Assembly (NCBI GenBank): GCA_016183565.1
Contig: JACPEJ010000004.1
Span: 41,178 to 105,177 of the forward strand
Direction: 5' to 3'
DNA: 64,000 bases
From: Candidatus Blackburnbacteria bacterium
GTDB taxonomy: Bacteria > Patescibacteriota > Microgenomatia > UBA8517 > UBA10165
The first letter of the stretch is position 1, and the number at the start of each line of letters is the position of its first letter. Below the pieces are notes generated by a model that saw only the letters and a program-made list of their open reading frames with translations, made no database searches and was not told where the DNA came from. The translations under genes were made by a program, and so were the position numbers. Below, piece by piece: positions 48,556 to 56,965 of this stretch.

Positions 48556-49608
48556 CCCACCGGTAACGCGCACGCGTTCTAGAAGTTTTGGGTTATCCAA
48601 AACTTTTCCTGTTCCTCTTGCAACTGCTGTTAGAGGGTCCTCACAAACCCAGACTGGAATTTTTACAGCTTCAGAAACCAACTGATCAAGGCCAACTATT
48701 AGGGCTCCTCCTCCTGCAAGAACTATTCCTTTTTCCATAATATCGGCAACAAGCTCGGGTGGAGCTTCTTCTAGGGTATCGGCAATTTTTTCTACGACTT
48801 GTTGTAAAACAGAAGAGAGTGCTTCCCTGACTTCTTGAGAGGAAACTTTTATGGATTTGGGCAATCCGGTTTCTAGGTCGCGGCCGCGAACAACAAAATG
48901 CTTCTCGATTTTTTGCGATACTGCTGTTCCGATTTCAACTTTTAACTCTTCGGCAGTAGTTCGCCCAACAAGAAGTGAGTAACGGTTTCGGAGATAGGAG
49001 ATCATTGCCTCGTCCATTTCATCTCCTGCAACTCTTAAGCCTCTGTTTAAAACTATTCCGCCTAAGGATATAAGTGCAATTTCAGTTGTTCCTCCACCCA
49101 TGTCAACAACAAAAACTCCTCCTGCGTCTTCAACATTTAAACCTGCGCCAATTGCTGCTGCCATTGGTTCCTCGATAAGATATGCTTTTCTGGCACCAGC
49201 TGATAATGCTGCATCTTGGACTGCTCGTCTTTCAACTTCTGTAACACCTGAGGGAATTCCCACAACTACTCGCGGTTTGGGGATTTTGGGCATGCCCAAT
49301 CGCTGTGCACCTTGAGGTGTTTCGTGAATTTTTTTAATAAAATAGGTAAGCATTGCTGTGGTTGCATCAAAATCAGCAATTACTCCGTCCTTAAGGGGTC
49401 TTATGGCTTCAATTGTTTGAGGGGTCCGGCCCTCCATTTTTTTAGCGGACGAACCAATTGCTAAAATTTCTTTGGTTTTTTTATGCCTTGCAACAACTGA
49501 GGGTTCGCGGATTACAATTCCTTTGCCTTTTACATAAACTAATGTATTGGCAGTACCAAGGTCGATGCCAATATCGTAACTAAATAGACCAAAGAAGGAG
49601 TCGAACAT
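48547..49608 (-). CDS. mreB: Rod shape-determining protein MreB
   Basis: IDLGTANT, EEPMAAAIGAG, DMGGGTTE, GGGAL. Confidence 0.96.
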   Translation of the reverse strand: MFDSFFGLFSYDIGIDLGTANTLVYVKGKGIVIREPSVVARHKKTKEILAIGSSAKKMEGRTPQTIEAIRPLKDGVIADFDATTAMLTYFIKKIHETPQGAQRLGMPKIPKPRVVVGIPSGVTEVERRAVQDAALSAGARKAYLIEEPMAAAIGAGLNVEDAGGVFVVDMGGGTTEIALISLGGIVLNRGLRVAGDEMDEAMISYLRNRYSLLVGRTTAEELKVEIGTAVSQKIEKHFVVRGRDLETGLPKSIKVSSQEVREALSSVLQQVVEKIADTLEEAPPELVADIMEKGIVLAGGGALIVGLDQLVSEAVKIPVWVCEDPLTAVARGTGKVLDNPKLLERVRVTGGLR

Positions 49609-49728
49609 AATTTTCAATTTTCAATTTTCAATGAAATTTGATCAATTGATCAAATGAAAATTCATTGAAATTTTGCTTTGTAGTATAGCATAGCTTGAGG
49701 TGTTACTCTTACCTATATGATACTCCAT

Positions 49729-51924
49729 ATGTATCGATTTGCAGACAAGCTTCAGTCTTTCTCTCTCTACGCTATCTTTGCCATAGTCCCCCTTTTCTTT
49801 TCTTCTTTAAATTCTGAGCTTTTTGAGATACCGAAGATGGCGTTTGTTTATGTGTTTGCGATTCTTGTGCTTTTTTCTTGGGCAATAAAATCTTTGCTTC
49901 AAGGAAGGTTTCTCTTTAGACGGACACCACTAGATATACCTTTAGCTATTTTTTTATTAGCATTATCACTATCCACTCTTACTTCTATCGATAGGTATAC
50001 TTCTTTTTGGGGATATTACTCTCGACCTTTTGGCGGTTTTGTGTCGACAGCGACATTTGTCGTTCTTTATTGGGCGTATGTGTCTAATATGGGGAAACGG
50101 GAAACTGAAAACGTGATACGGATTTTAATCGGATCGGCAGTGGTAATTTCGATTTGGGGAATTTTAGAGCATTTTGGGGTAAGTCCAAGCTGTGTGATTT
50201 TAAAAGGCGAGTTTAATGTTTCTTGTTGGGCACCTGATGTAAGGGCTCGAGTTTTTGCAACTTTTGGGCAGCCAAATTGGATGGCAGCTTGGTTGGTTGC
50301 TGTGGCACCACTTTCTTGGCAGCTAATCCTTAGGTGCAAAGCTATTCCACTCCCGATGTGGAATACGTTGGCACATCGGGAGATACTATCACGGTCTGCT
50401 CTCTATATCTCGCCCTTTTTGTTATTCACAGCAATCCTTTACACAAAGTCGCGTTCTGGCTTGGTAGCATTTGGTGTTTCGTTTGTAATCTTTTGGTCTT
50501 TCGTGTTTTTCCACCAGTCTCGCAAGGTGAGACCTTGCAAGCCCAGATGTCAGTCTTTTTTGCTAATTGTTACTTCTTATCTTTTGCTTGTTGCCTTTTC
50601 CGGTTCGCCATGGTCACCGAGTATCACACAATTGTTTGGGGGGAAATCAAAAAATATTGACCTGCGGGTTGCAAGTAATGTTGTGGGCAATGAGTCATCT
50701 CCATCTCCACCCTCGGGTGGAACTGATTCTTTTGCCATAAGAAAAATAGTTTGGAAGGGTGCAATAGATATTTGGAAACATTACCCCATCTTAGGTTCCG
50801 GAGTTGAAACTTTTGCGTACACTTATTACAACTTCCGTCCACAAGAACATAACTATACTTCTGAGTGGGATCTTTTATATAACAAGGCACACAATGAATA
50901 TCTACATTATCTAGCTAATACGGGTCTAGTAGGTTTAGGTAGTTATCTTTTGCTGATTGGTGCCTTCCTGTGGAATATCAAAAAAAGGGTGCTTCCTCCG
51001 GAAGGGCAAATATTAAAAATCAAAAATATAAATCAAAATCTAAAAAATTTTTTCACTTTGAATTTTGCACTTTTATCTGGCTTTGTCAGTATACTCATAA
51101 CCAACTCCGTCAGTTTTTCTACTGTCTCTATTGCCACTTTGTTTTTTCTGTTTCCTGCAATGGCAATAACGCTAAAAAGCGACTCGTTAGCTCGCAAGCT
51201 CGAAACTCGAAAAAATAACGAGTCACGAGCTGACAAGTTACGACTCCTCTCTCTACTCTTTCCCCTTCTTGTTGTGTGTTATTTATTATTTGTTACCTAT
51301 CGCTTTTGGTACGCTGATACTCTTTATAAGAAAGCAGTAGATCTTGTTGAGCAGGGTGAAGGAAACCAATCAAGTATTTATCTTGAGCAAGCTTTGAAAA
51401 TGCGCCCAAATGAGCCTCGTTATCTTGATAAACTTGCTTCATCAACTTCTATTGTGGCTGCCTATCTTTCTGAGGATGCACAGAAACCAAAAGAAGCTAA
51501 GGAGTTAGCGGAGGTTTCGGAAAGATTCTCAAACTCTGCGCTTATTATATCCCCTTATAATGTTCAGTTTTGGTCAAATCGTGCCATTTATTTTAAGCGG
51601 CTTGCAGCAATTGAGCCTAAGTATCTGCTACTTGCAGTTGAGGCTTTGGAGAAGGCAGCCAGACTTGCACCTACTGATCCTAAAATCCACTATAACCTTG
51701 GGGTGCTTTACTCAAGGAGTGGTGACTTGCAAAAAGCCTTGGCTACGCTCCAAAAATCAGTTGAATTAAAGACAGATTATTATGATGCAAGAGTTGGTCT
51801 TGCAGAGTTGTATCTTGAAAATGGTGAAAAAGAGAAAGCAATTAACGAGTTGGAGTTTGTTTTGAAGAATATTAATCCGGCGGATAAGGATGTTAAAGAG
51901 GTGTTGGAGAAATTGAAAAAATAA
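49729..51924 (+). CDS. O-antigen ligase-family membrane protein with C-terminal TPRs
   Basis: TFGQPNW.A, TKSRSG, R..VWKGA, KAHNEYL; TPR repeats. Confidence 0.85.
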   Translation: MYRFADKLQSFSLYAIFAIVPLFFSSLNSELFEIPKMAFVYVFAILVLFSWAIKSLLQGRFLFRRTPLDIPLAIFLLALSLSTLTSIDRYTSFWGYYSRPFGGFVSTATFVVLYWAYVSNMGKRETENVIRILIGSAVVISIWGILEHFGVSPSCVILKGEFNVSCWAPDVRARVFATFGQPNWMAAWLVAVAPLSWQLILRCKAIPLPMWNTLAHREILSRSALYISPFLLFTAILYTKSRSGLVAFGVSFVIFWSFVFFHQSRKVRPCKPRCQSFLLIVTSYLLLVAFSGSPWSPSITQLFGGKSKNIDLRVASNVVGNESSPSPPSGGTDSFAIRKIVWKGAIDIWKHYPILGSGVETFAYTYYNFRPQEHNYTSEWDLLYNKAHNEYLHYLANTGLVGLGSYLLLIGAFLWNIKKRVLPPEGQILKIKNINQNLKNFFTLNFALLSGFVSILITNSVSFSTVSIATLFFLFPAMAITLKSDSLARKLETRKNNESRADKLRLLSLLFPLLVVCYLLFVTYRFWYADTLYKKAVDLVEQGEGNQSSIYLEQALKMRPNEPRYLDKLASSTSIVAAYLSEDAQKPKEAKELAEVSERFSNSALIISPYNVQFWSNRAIYFKRLAAIEPKYLLLAVEALEKAARLAPTDPKIHYNLGVLYSRSGDLQKALATLQKSVELKTDYYDARVGLAELYLENGEKEKAINELEFVLKNINPADKDVKEVLEKLKK

Positions 51925-52061
51925 ACCACTCGCTTCGCTCGGGACTGTTTTCTGCGAAAATGAAGGCGGGTTGCGCAGTAAGATAAGATAAGTCTCGAAA
52001 GTTTATGGTACTTGTGGTACCCGATACTTTCGGTACTCTCCTACCGCGCCACCCGCCAGTT

Positions 52062-52325
52062 TTAGCGACGCCCTTCTCGCACATCTTCGCGCAAGCGAGT
52101 TAGGCGTGCCAGTTCCTCTGGAGTGAAAGTAAAACCGACCTTTCCCCGGCCGTGCGGAAAGGTAACAACGAATTCCGGAGGACCATCGTATGTCTCCAAG
52201 AACGAGTTCACAATGGAAGCTATTTCCCGCTCCCGCCGCAGCTCCATCACGCCGAACAACAGTACGACGATACCGGCGACAGTGAACCCAAGCGCAAGCA
52301 ACAACAGTACACCTTCCGTACTCAT
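52062..52325 (-). CDS. Small single-TM protein
   Basis: AAGGAG RBS; hydrophobic N-terminus. Confidence 0.55.
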   Translation of the reverse strand: MSTEGVLLLLALGFTVAGIVVLLFGVMELRREREIASIVNSFLETYDGPPEFVVTFPHGRGKVGFTFTPEELARLTRLREDVREGRR

Positions 52326-52353
52326 CGGGTTTTCTCCTTCTCCTTCCTCTGCG

Positions 52354-52443
52354 CTATCCTTTTGGCCACCGACGGTGCATGCCCCAGACAAGTTTGCCCA
52401 AAACCATGGCTGTAACTAAGATCGTGATCAGGTTGATGGCCAC
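52354..52443 (-). CDS. 29-aa putative membrane peptide
   Basis: MAINLITILVTAMVLGKLVWGMHRRWPKG between two similar small genes. Confidence 0.35.
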   Translation of the reverse strand: MAINLITILVTAMVLGKLVWGMHRRWPKG

Positions 52444-52450
52444 TTGGCTG

Positions 52451-52657
52451 TCAGTGTCCATTGACCACCTTTCTGATCTGGGCAAACCATCTGTCCAAAA
52501 TCCGGGGGCCGTGGATCGCGAACATAAATGTGTTCGCGATGGCCGTCAGCGAGAAAACTACAGCCGCCCCAAGCACAATCTCTGGCGGCATCCACGATCC
52601 GGTCACGATCAGCACTGCCAAGACTGCTCCGATCCCTAAGAGCACTAACGGTAGCAT
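52451..52657 (-). CDS. Small two-TM protein
   Basis: GGAGAGGAG RBS; MLPLVLLGIGAV... Confidence 0.55.
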   Translation of the reverse strand: MLPLVLLGIGAVLAVLIVTGSWMPPEIVLGAAVVFSLTAIANTFMFAIHGPRILDRWFAQIRKVVNGH

Positions 52658-52870
52658 CTCTCTCCTCTCCCTTGATATTTGATGTGCGAACTTCCAGGTT
52701 CCTCAAGAGCGAACTCTCGAGTCTGAAAGACATTTTCTAAGTGTGGGCATACTATATCACAGAAAGGACCAAAAATCAAGTATTATGGGATAAAAAGTAC
52801 CGTGGGGCTGATTTGACAACAATCTAAGACCTGACTCGGCTTTGAAGCTAGGTTATGGTAAAATACGTAT

Positions 52871-53461
52871 ATGATTCGGAAGATATTGCGTACAACTGAT
52901 CCCAAATTGAGAACAATCTCTAAGCCAGTTCAAAAAGTCGACAAGAAACTTCTAAAGCTCTTGCGTGATTTAGAGGATACAGTGAAGGCCCAAAAAGACC
53001 CGGAGGGTATTGGCCTTGCTGCACCCCAAATCGGTGAGTTCGTATGTGTGTTTGTAATTCGGGACAAACACCAAATCAAAACTTTCATAAACCCTGAAAT
53101 TGTAAAAAGTTCAAAAAAGACTAATGATCCCAAGAAAAAACCAGAAGAAGAAGAGTATTTTATGGAAGGTTGTCTCTCGCTTCCCCACTATTACGGGCCT
53201 GTTGAACGCGCTTTGTCTGTTACGGTAAAATACCAAGTTCCTCAACTACAACCTACAGCCTACGGTTCGACTGTCCTGAGCTCACCGTCGAAGGACAACC
53301 TACATACTTTACAAAAGACCTTCCGAGGTTTTATAGCCCAAGTAATACAACATGAGATTGACCATCTAAAGGGTAGGGTTTTTACAGAGCGCTTGATTGA
53401 GCAGAAACGAAAACTTTTTAAGCTTTACGGTGACCATTGGGATGAGGTTGAATTGCCATGA
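52871..53461 (+). CDS. def: Peptide deformylase
   Basis: GIGLAAPQIG, EGCLS, QHEIDH; about 20-aa repeat-derived insert. Confidence 0.95.
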   Translation: MIRKILRTTDPKLRTISKPVQKVDKKLLKLLRDLEDTVKAQKDPEGIGLAAPQIGEFVCVFVIRDKHQIKTFINPEIVKSSKKTNDPKKKPEEEEYFMEGCLSLPHYYGPVERALSVTVKYQVPQLQPTAYGSTVLSSPSKDNLHTLQKTFRGFIAQVIQHEIDHLKGRVFTERLIEQKRKLFKLYGDHWDEVELP

Positions 53462-54426
53462 ACAAGATTGTTTTCTTTGGGACTCCAGACTATGTTTTGC
53501 CCGTACTTGATACACTGAAAAACCACGGGTATGAAATTGCAGCAGTCGTAACTCAACCCCCGAAGCTAGTTGGTAGAAAACAAATACTGACTCCCTCCCC
53601 TGTTGCTCAGTGGGCAGAAAAACAAGGTATTCGGGTTATTGACGAGTCGCCAAAAAAGATTGTTAACACGCTGGAAGAACTAGATGCAGAAGTTGGAATC
53701 TTGGAAGCTTACGGTAGAATCTTGCCACTTGAAATCCTTAATGTTTTTCCCCAAGGCATAGTAAATGTCCATCCCTCACTTTTGCCAAGATGGCGAGGCG
53801 CATCTCCTATTGAGGCAACTATTGTAGCTGGAGATAAGGTAACAGGAGTTACAATAATAAGGCTTGATGAGGAAATCGATCACGGGCCTATGCTTACACA
53901 ATTTACTGAAGAAGTGAGATCAGATGATACCAAAATTACCTTGCGCTCAAGACTTTTCCGAAAAGCAGCAGATGAGCTGGTTCGAGCTTTGCCTCTTTAT
54001 CTAGAAGGAAAACTTGAGCTTAAAGAGCAAGATCATTCGAAGGTAACTTATACAACCCTAATTCAAAAAGATCATGGCTTTATCCCTCCACAATACATTG
54101 CATTAGCCTTGCAAGGGGACGCCTTGCAAGGCTATGAGCGGTATGAGTGGTTGATTCCGTTTGTCAAAAACTTCACCCTTCACCCTTCACCCTTCACCCT
54201 CGAACGTTTCATCCGCGCTCTTGATCCCTGGCCAGGAGCTTGGACGTTTGTTAAGCTAGGAAGCCATAATGCTATGAAGCAATCGCGCTTAAAACTACTC
54301 GTGGCTCACACAGAAAAAGGCTCCATAGCTCACCTTGCTCTTGACACTGTCCAGCACGAAGGCAAAAATCCAGTTTCTTGGAAACAGTTTAAGGAAGCTT
54401 ATCCTGAGGCGAGGTTTGAAAACTAA
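53458..54426 (+). CDS. fmt: Methionyl-tRNA formyltransferase
   Basis: FFGTP, VVTQPP, NVHPSLLPRWRGASP, IRALDPWPGA. Confidence 0.95.
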   Translation: MNKIVFFGTPDYVLPVLDTLKNHGYEIAAVVTQPPKLVGRKQILTPSPVAQWAEKQGIRVIDESPKKIVNTLEELDAEVGILEAYGRILPLEILNVFPQGIVNVHPSLLPRWRGASPIEATIVAGDKVTGVTIIRLDEEIDHGPMLTQFTEEVRSDDTKITLRSRLFRKAADELVRALPLYLEGKLELKEQDHSKVTYTTLIQKDHGFIPPQYIALALQGDALQGYERYEWLIPFVKNFTLHPSPFTLERFIRALDPWPGAWTFVKLGSHNAMKQSRLKLLVAHTEKGSIAHLALDTVQHEGKNPVSWKQFKEAYPEARFEN

Positions 54427-54665
54427 GAAGCTGTTTGTACCGCACCAACTCTTCGTCCACCGGACTTCACAGCTCGCGTTACAGTCTTACCTTTAACTAA
54501 CCTCAAACACTTTGTGCAAAACTTTTTTCGCATGTTTTTTCCACTCTCTGCAATCCAATAGGCATGAAGATTGGGTTTGAAAATTCTTCTATTTCGTTTT
54601 CCGGAAAAGGTGACTTGGCGTCCGATCATCCTACTTTTTCCGCATAAAGAACAAATGTTAGCCAT
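54423..54665 (-). CDS. rpmB: 50S ribosomal protein L28
   Basis: CSLCGK, RRIFKPNL, CTKCLR. Confidence 0.9.
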   Translation of the reverse strand: MANICSLCGKSRMIGRQVTFSGKRNRRIFKPNLHAYWIAESGKNMRKKFCTKCLRLVKGKTVTRAVKSGGRRVGAVQTAS

Positions 54666-54721
54666 GGAAAATTGCTCCTTCTAACCTGTATACTATATCA
54701 AATTCTGGTATAAGCATCAAT

Positions 54722-55360
54722 ATGTTCAACTTTTTAAACCCTGTGGAGCTAATTCTACTTGTTCCAGCGCTTTTGGTTGCCGTTGTTGTTCACGAATTTG
54801 CACATGCTTGGGCTGCAGATAGACTAGGTGATCCAACGCCAAGAATTCAGGGAAGACTAACTTTAAATCCACTTGCCCATCTTGACCTTTTAGGAAGCTT
54901 AATGTTTCTTTTGTTTCGCTTTGGTTGGGGAAAGCCGGTTCAATTTGATCCTTACAATCTTGAAAATCCGAGGCGTGACGCTGCAATAATTTCTTTTGCT
55001 GGTCCAGCTTCAAATCTCGTTACTGCAGCAGTTTTAGCAGTAATAACTTATTTTACACTCTCAATAAGAGGGATTCCGGAAATTGTAGATATACTCACTG
55101 TGCGTTTAATCCAATTTAATGTGGTATTGGCAGTTTTTAACTTAGTTCCAATCCACCCTCTTGATGGGGGGAAGGTTTTGATTGGCCTTTTACCTCCTGA
55201 TACTGCGCAAGATTGGGATCGGATTATGCAACAATATGGATTTATAATTCTTATAGCTTTGGTTCTGCCGATTTTTGGCACGTCTTTAATTTGGTCAATC
55301 ATAGGTCCTGTTATTAATTTTCTTTTGGGCTTATTTTTACCGTCATCTAATTGGATTTAG
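54722..55360 (+). CDS. Site-2 protease family (M50) protein
   Basis: HEFAH, LGDPTP, AGPASN, NLVPIHPLDG. Confidence 0.92.
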   Translation: MFNFLNPVELILLVPALLVAVVVHEFAHAWAADRLGDPTPRIQGRLTLNPLAHLDLLGSLMFLLFRFGWGKPVQFDPYNLENPRRDAAIISFAGPASNLVTAAVLAVITYFTLSIRGIPEIVDILTVRLIQFNVVLAVFNLVPIHPLDGGKVLIGLLPPDTAQDWDRIMQQYGFIILIALVLPIFGTSLIWSIIGPVINFLLGLFLPSSNWI

Positions 55361-55417
55361 CTTCAATTTCTATATTGTTGCCTTGACCAAGATGTGTTTT
55401 CATGATATTCTATAGTT

Positions 55418-55580
55418 GCCCTACCGATAGCGGGGCTTAACAATCGGAGAATTTTTCCCTCATCAAAGGTTTCCTTCTCGGGAGAGCAGAGTTCTTGTAT
55501 CGCCGTGGTGATACAGACAGCTTACCCACTTGTTGAAAAAAGGGGGAAATCTCTCCGAATGGTCCCTAAAGCGGTGGGGT
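55418..55580 (+). ncRNA. ssrS: Probable 6S RNA
   Basis: About 163-nt rod with central bubble; TTGACC-17bp-TATTCT promoter (TG extended -10) at 55383-55411. Confidence 0.6.
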
Positions 55581-55588
55581 TATTGTAA

Positions 55589-55762
55589 CTATTTCAGCTT
55601 CTGAGTTTCGCGGTGCTCCGTGTGTTGGCGGCACTTTTTGCAGAATTTGTTAAGTGTTAGTTTCCCTTCTGTATTGGTTTTGTTCTTTTCGGTTATATAG
55701 TTTGCAGTCTTGCAAACCGAACACACGAGCCCGAACAGTTGTCTTGCTCCTTTTTTAGCCAT
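55589..55762 (-). CDS. rpmG: 50S ribosomal protein L33 (not in ORF track)
   Basis: MAKKGARQLFGLVCSVCKTANYITEKNKTNTEGKLTLNKFCKKCRQHTEHRE. Confidence 0.93.
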   Translation of the reverse strand: MAKKGARQLFGLVCSVCKTANYITEKNKTNTEGKLTLNKFCKKCRQHTEHRETQKLK

Positions 55763-55785
55763 CTTTTACTCCTTTCTACTTGCTG

Positions 55786-55857
55786 AGCCTGGAGGGAGGA
55801 TTGAACTCCCGGCCTCTTTCTTACCATGAAAGCGTTCTCCCACTGAACTATCCAGGC
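55786..55857 (-). tRNA. tRNA-Thr(GGT)
   Basis: GCCTGGA/TCCAGGC acceptor stem; CTTTC-AT GGT AA-GAAAG; GTTCAAT T-loop. Confidence 0.9.
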
Positions 55858-55906
55858 AATTCTTTTGATTTTGCCAAAATTGCGAGTCAATTTTTAATTC
55901 GATGAG

Positions 55907-55990
55907 TGCTGGGAGAGGGATTCGAACCCCCGAAGGCATATGCCACCTGATTTACAGTCAGGCTGGTTTGGCCGCTTCCAATATCCCAGC
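55907..55990 (-). tRNA. tRNA-Tyr(GTA)
   Basis: GCTGGGA/TCCCAGC acceptor stem; CCTGA-CT GTA AA-TCAGG; long variable arm. Confidence 0.9.
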
Positions 55991-56785
55991 ATTATTTGTT
56001 AAATTATCTTTAAAACTTAAAAATCTTCCGATGTGTCTTTGGTTACTAAATCGTATTTCGCTGTAAAACTTATTTATATTGTCTCTTCTTGTCAAAAATA
56101 TACTGTAACTAGAAATTCTGGACGGTTTGAAACCAAGTGTTTCCAGTATCCTCCGAGTAGATTTTAACAAATTCTCTGACCGATTGCGGAAAGACATTTG
56201 CATTCCACCCGAAGCTAAAAGATAGACAGACCCATCTGTATCAAAAAATCCTCTTAAAAAAGCCTTCATATACTCTTTGTTTGTCCAAATCCAAGCAGGA
56301 ACATCCACCTGCCCTTTAACCTTATTTGGCATTAAACCCATCTCGAGCAACCATCGGACTATTTTCGTAGATCCGACATAGATAACTTGATAACCTTTTT
56401 TGGTATATATTGCTCGAGGATGGCACTCAAATAATTTCAATATTAACTTTTGTATGAAAGTACAATATTGTTGCTCCTTGTTTCCCAAGTGAACAAGAAC
56501 TTGAGTAGGTGAAATGTGCCCATCTCCAAGCATTATCCCAATAAATTCTGCTAGCTCTGGGGAATATCTAGGCAGCTTAACGGTTAGATTGCTAGAGTTA
56601 TTAAACCCGGGCTTTTTATATCTTTGAGTCGGTATTCGCAAACGAACCAAGCGATCATAAATTGTAGTTTCCGCTAAACCGATCTCTTTGCCAATTTCAC
56701 CTATTGCTTTATTCTTTTTAACGTACAGGTCAACAAGTTCTTTTCGATGCTCATCTTCTTGTTGTTTTGTCCAACGCTTTGCCAT
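55958..56785 (-). CDS. Free-standing double-motif LAGLIDADG endonuclease with N-terminal HTH
   Basis: LAEFIGIMLGDGHI and FLRGFFDTDGS; IGEIGKEIGLAETTIYDRL. Confidence 0.88.
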   Translation of the reverse strand: MAKRWTKQQEDEHRKELVDLYVKKNKAIGEIGKEIGLAETTIYDRLVRLRIPTQRYKKPGFNNSSNLTVKLPRYSPELAEFIGIMLGDGHISPTQVLVHLGNKEQQYCTFIQKLILKLFECHPRAIYTKKGYQVIYVGSTKIVRWLLEMGLMPNKVKGQVDVPAWIWTNKEYMKAFLRGFFDTDGSVYLLASGGMQMSFRNRSENLLKSTRRILETLGFKPSRISSYSIFLTRRDNINKFYSEIRFSNQRHIGRFLSFKDNLTNNAGILEAAKPA

Positions 56786-56789
56786 TCTG

Positions 56790-56873
56790 AGCCGGAGGAG
56801 GGATTCGAACCCACGAAAACCTTGCGGTCCTTCGCTTTACAAAAGCGCTGCTCTACCACTGAGCTACTCCGGC
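56790..56873 (-). tRNA. tRNA-Thr(TGT) with extended variable arm
   Basis: GCCGGAG/CTCCGGC acceptor stem; CGCT-TT TGT AA-AGCG; about 17-nt variable region. Confidence 0.82.
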
Positions 56874-56965
56874 TTGCGTAACGTAGATTATATCAAACTT
56901 TGGGCTCAAAGGGAATCTCTCGAGAGTGGAAAGAATATGAGGTTTGAAGTATAATTATGTCAGAT

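Noticed and set aside
14063-50381. Repeated 31-50 bp sequences as a CRISPR array
   Set aside because: Copies are dispersed over tens of kb with no regular spacers, and no cas genes are present.
55958-56785. Group I intron or intein hosting the LAGLIDADG ORF
   Set aside because: Both flanking tRNAs are complete, there is no room for a ribozyme core, and there are no intein termini or extein.
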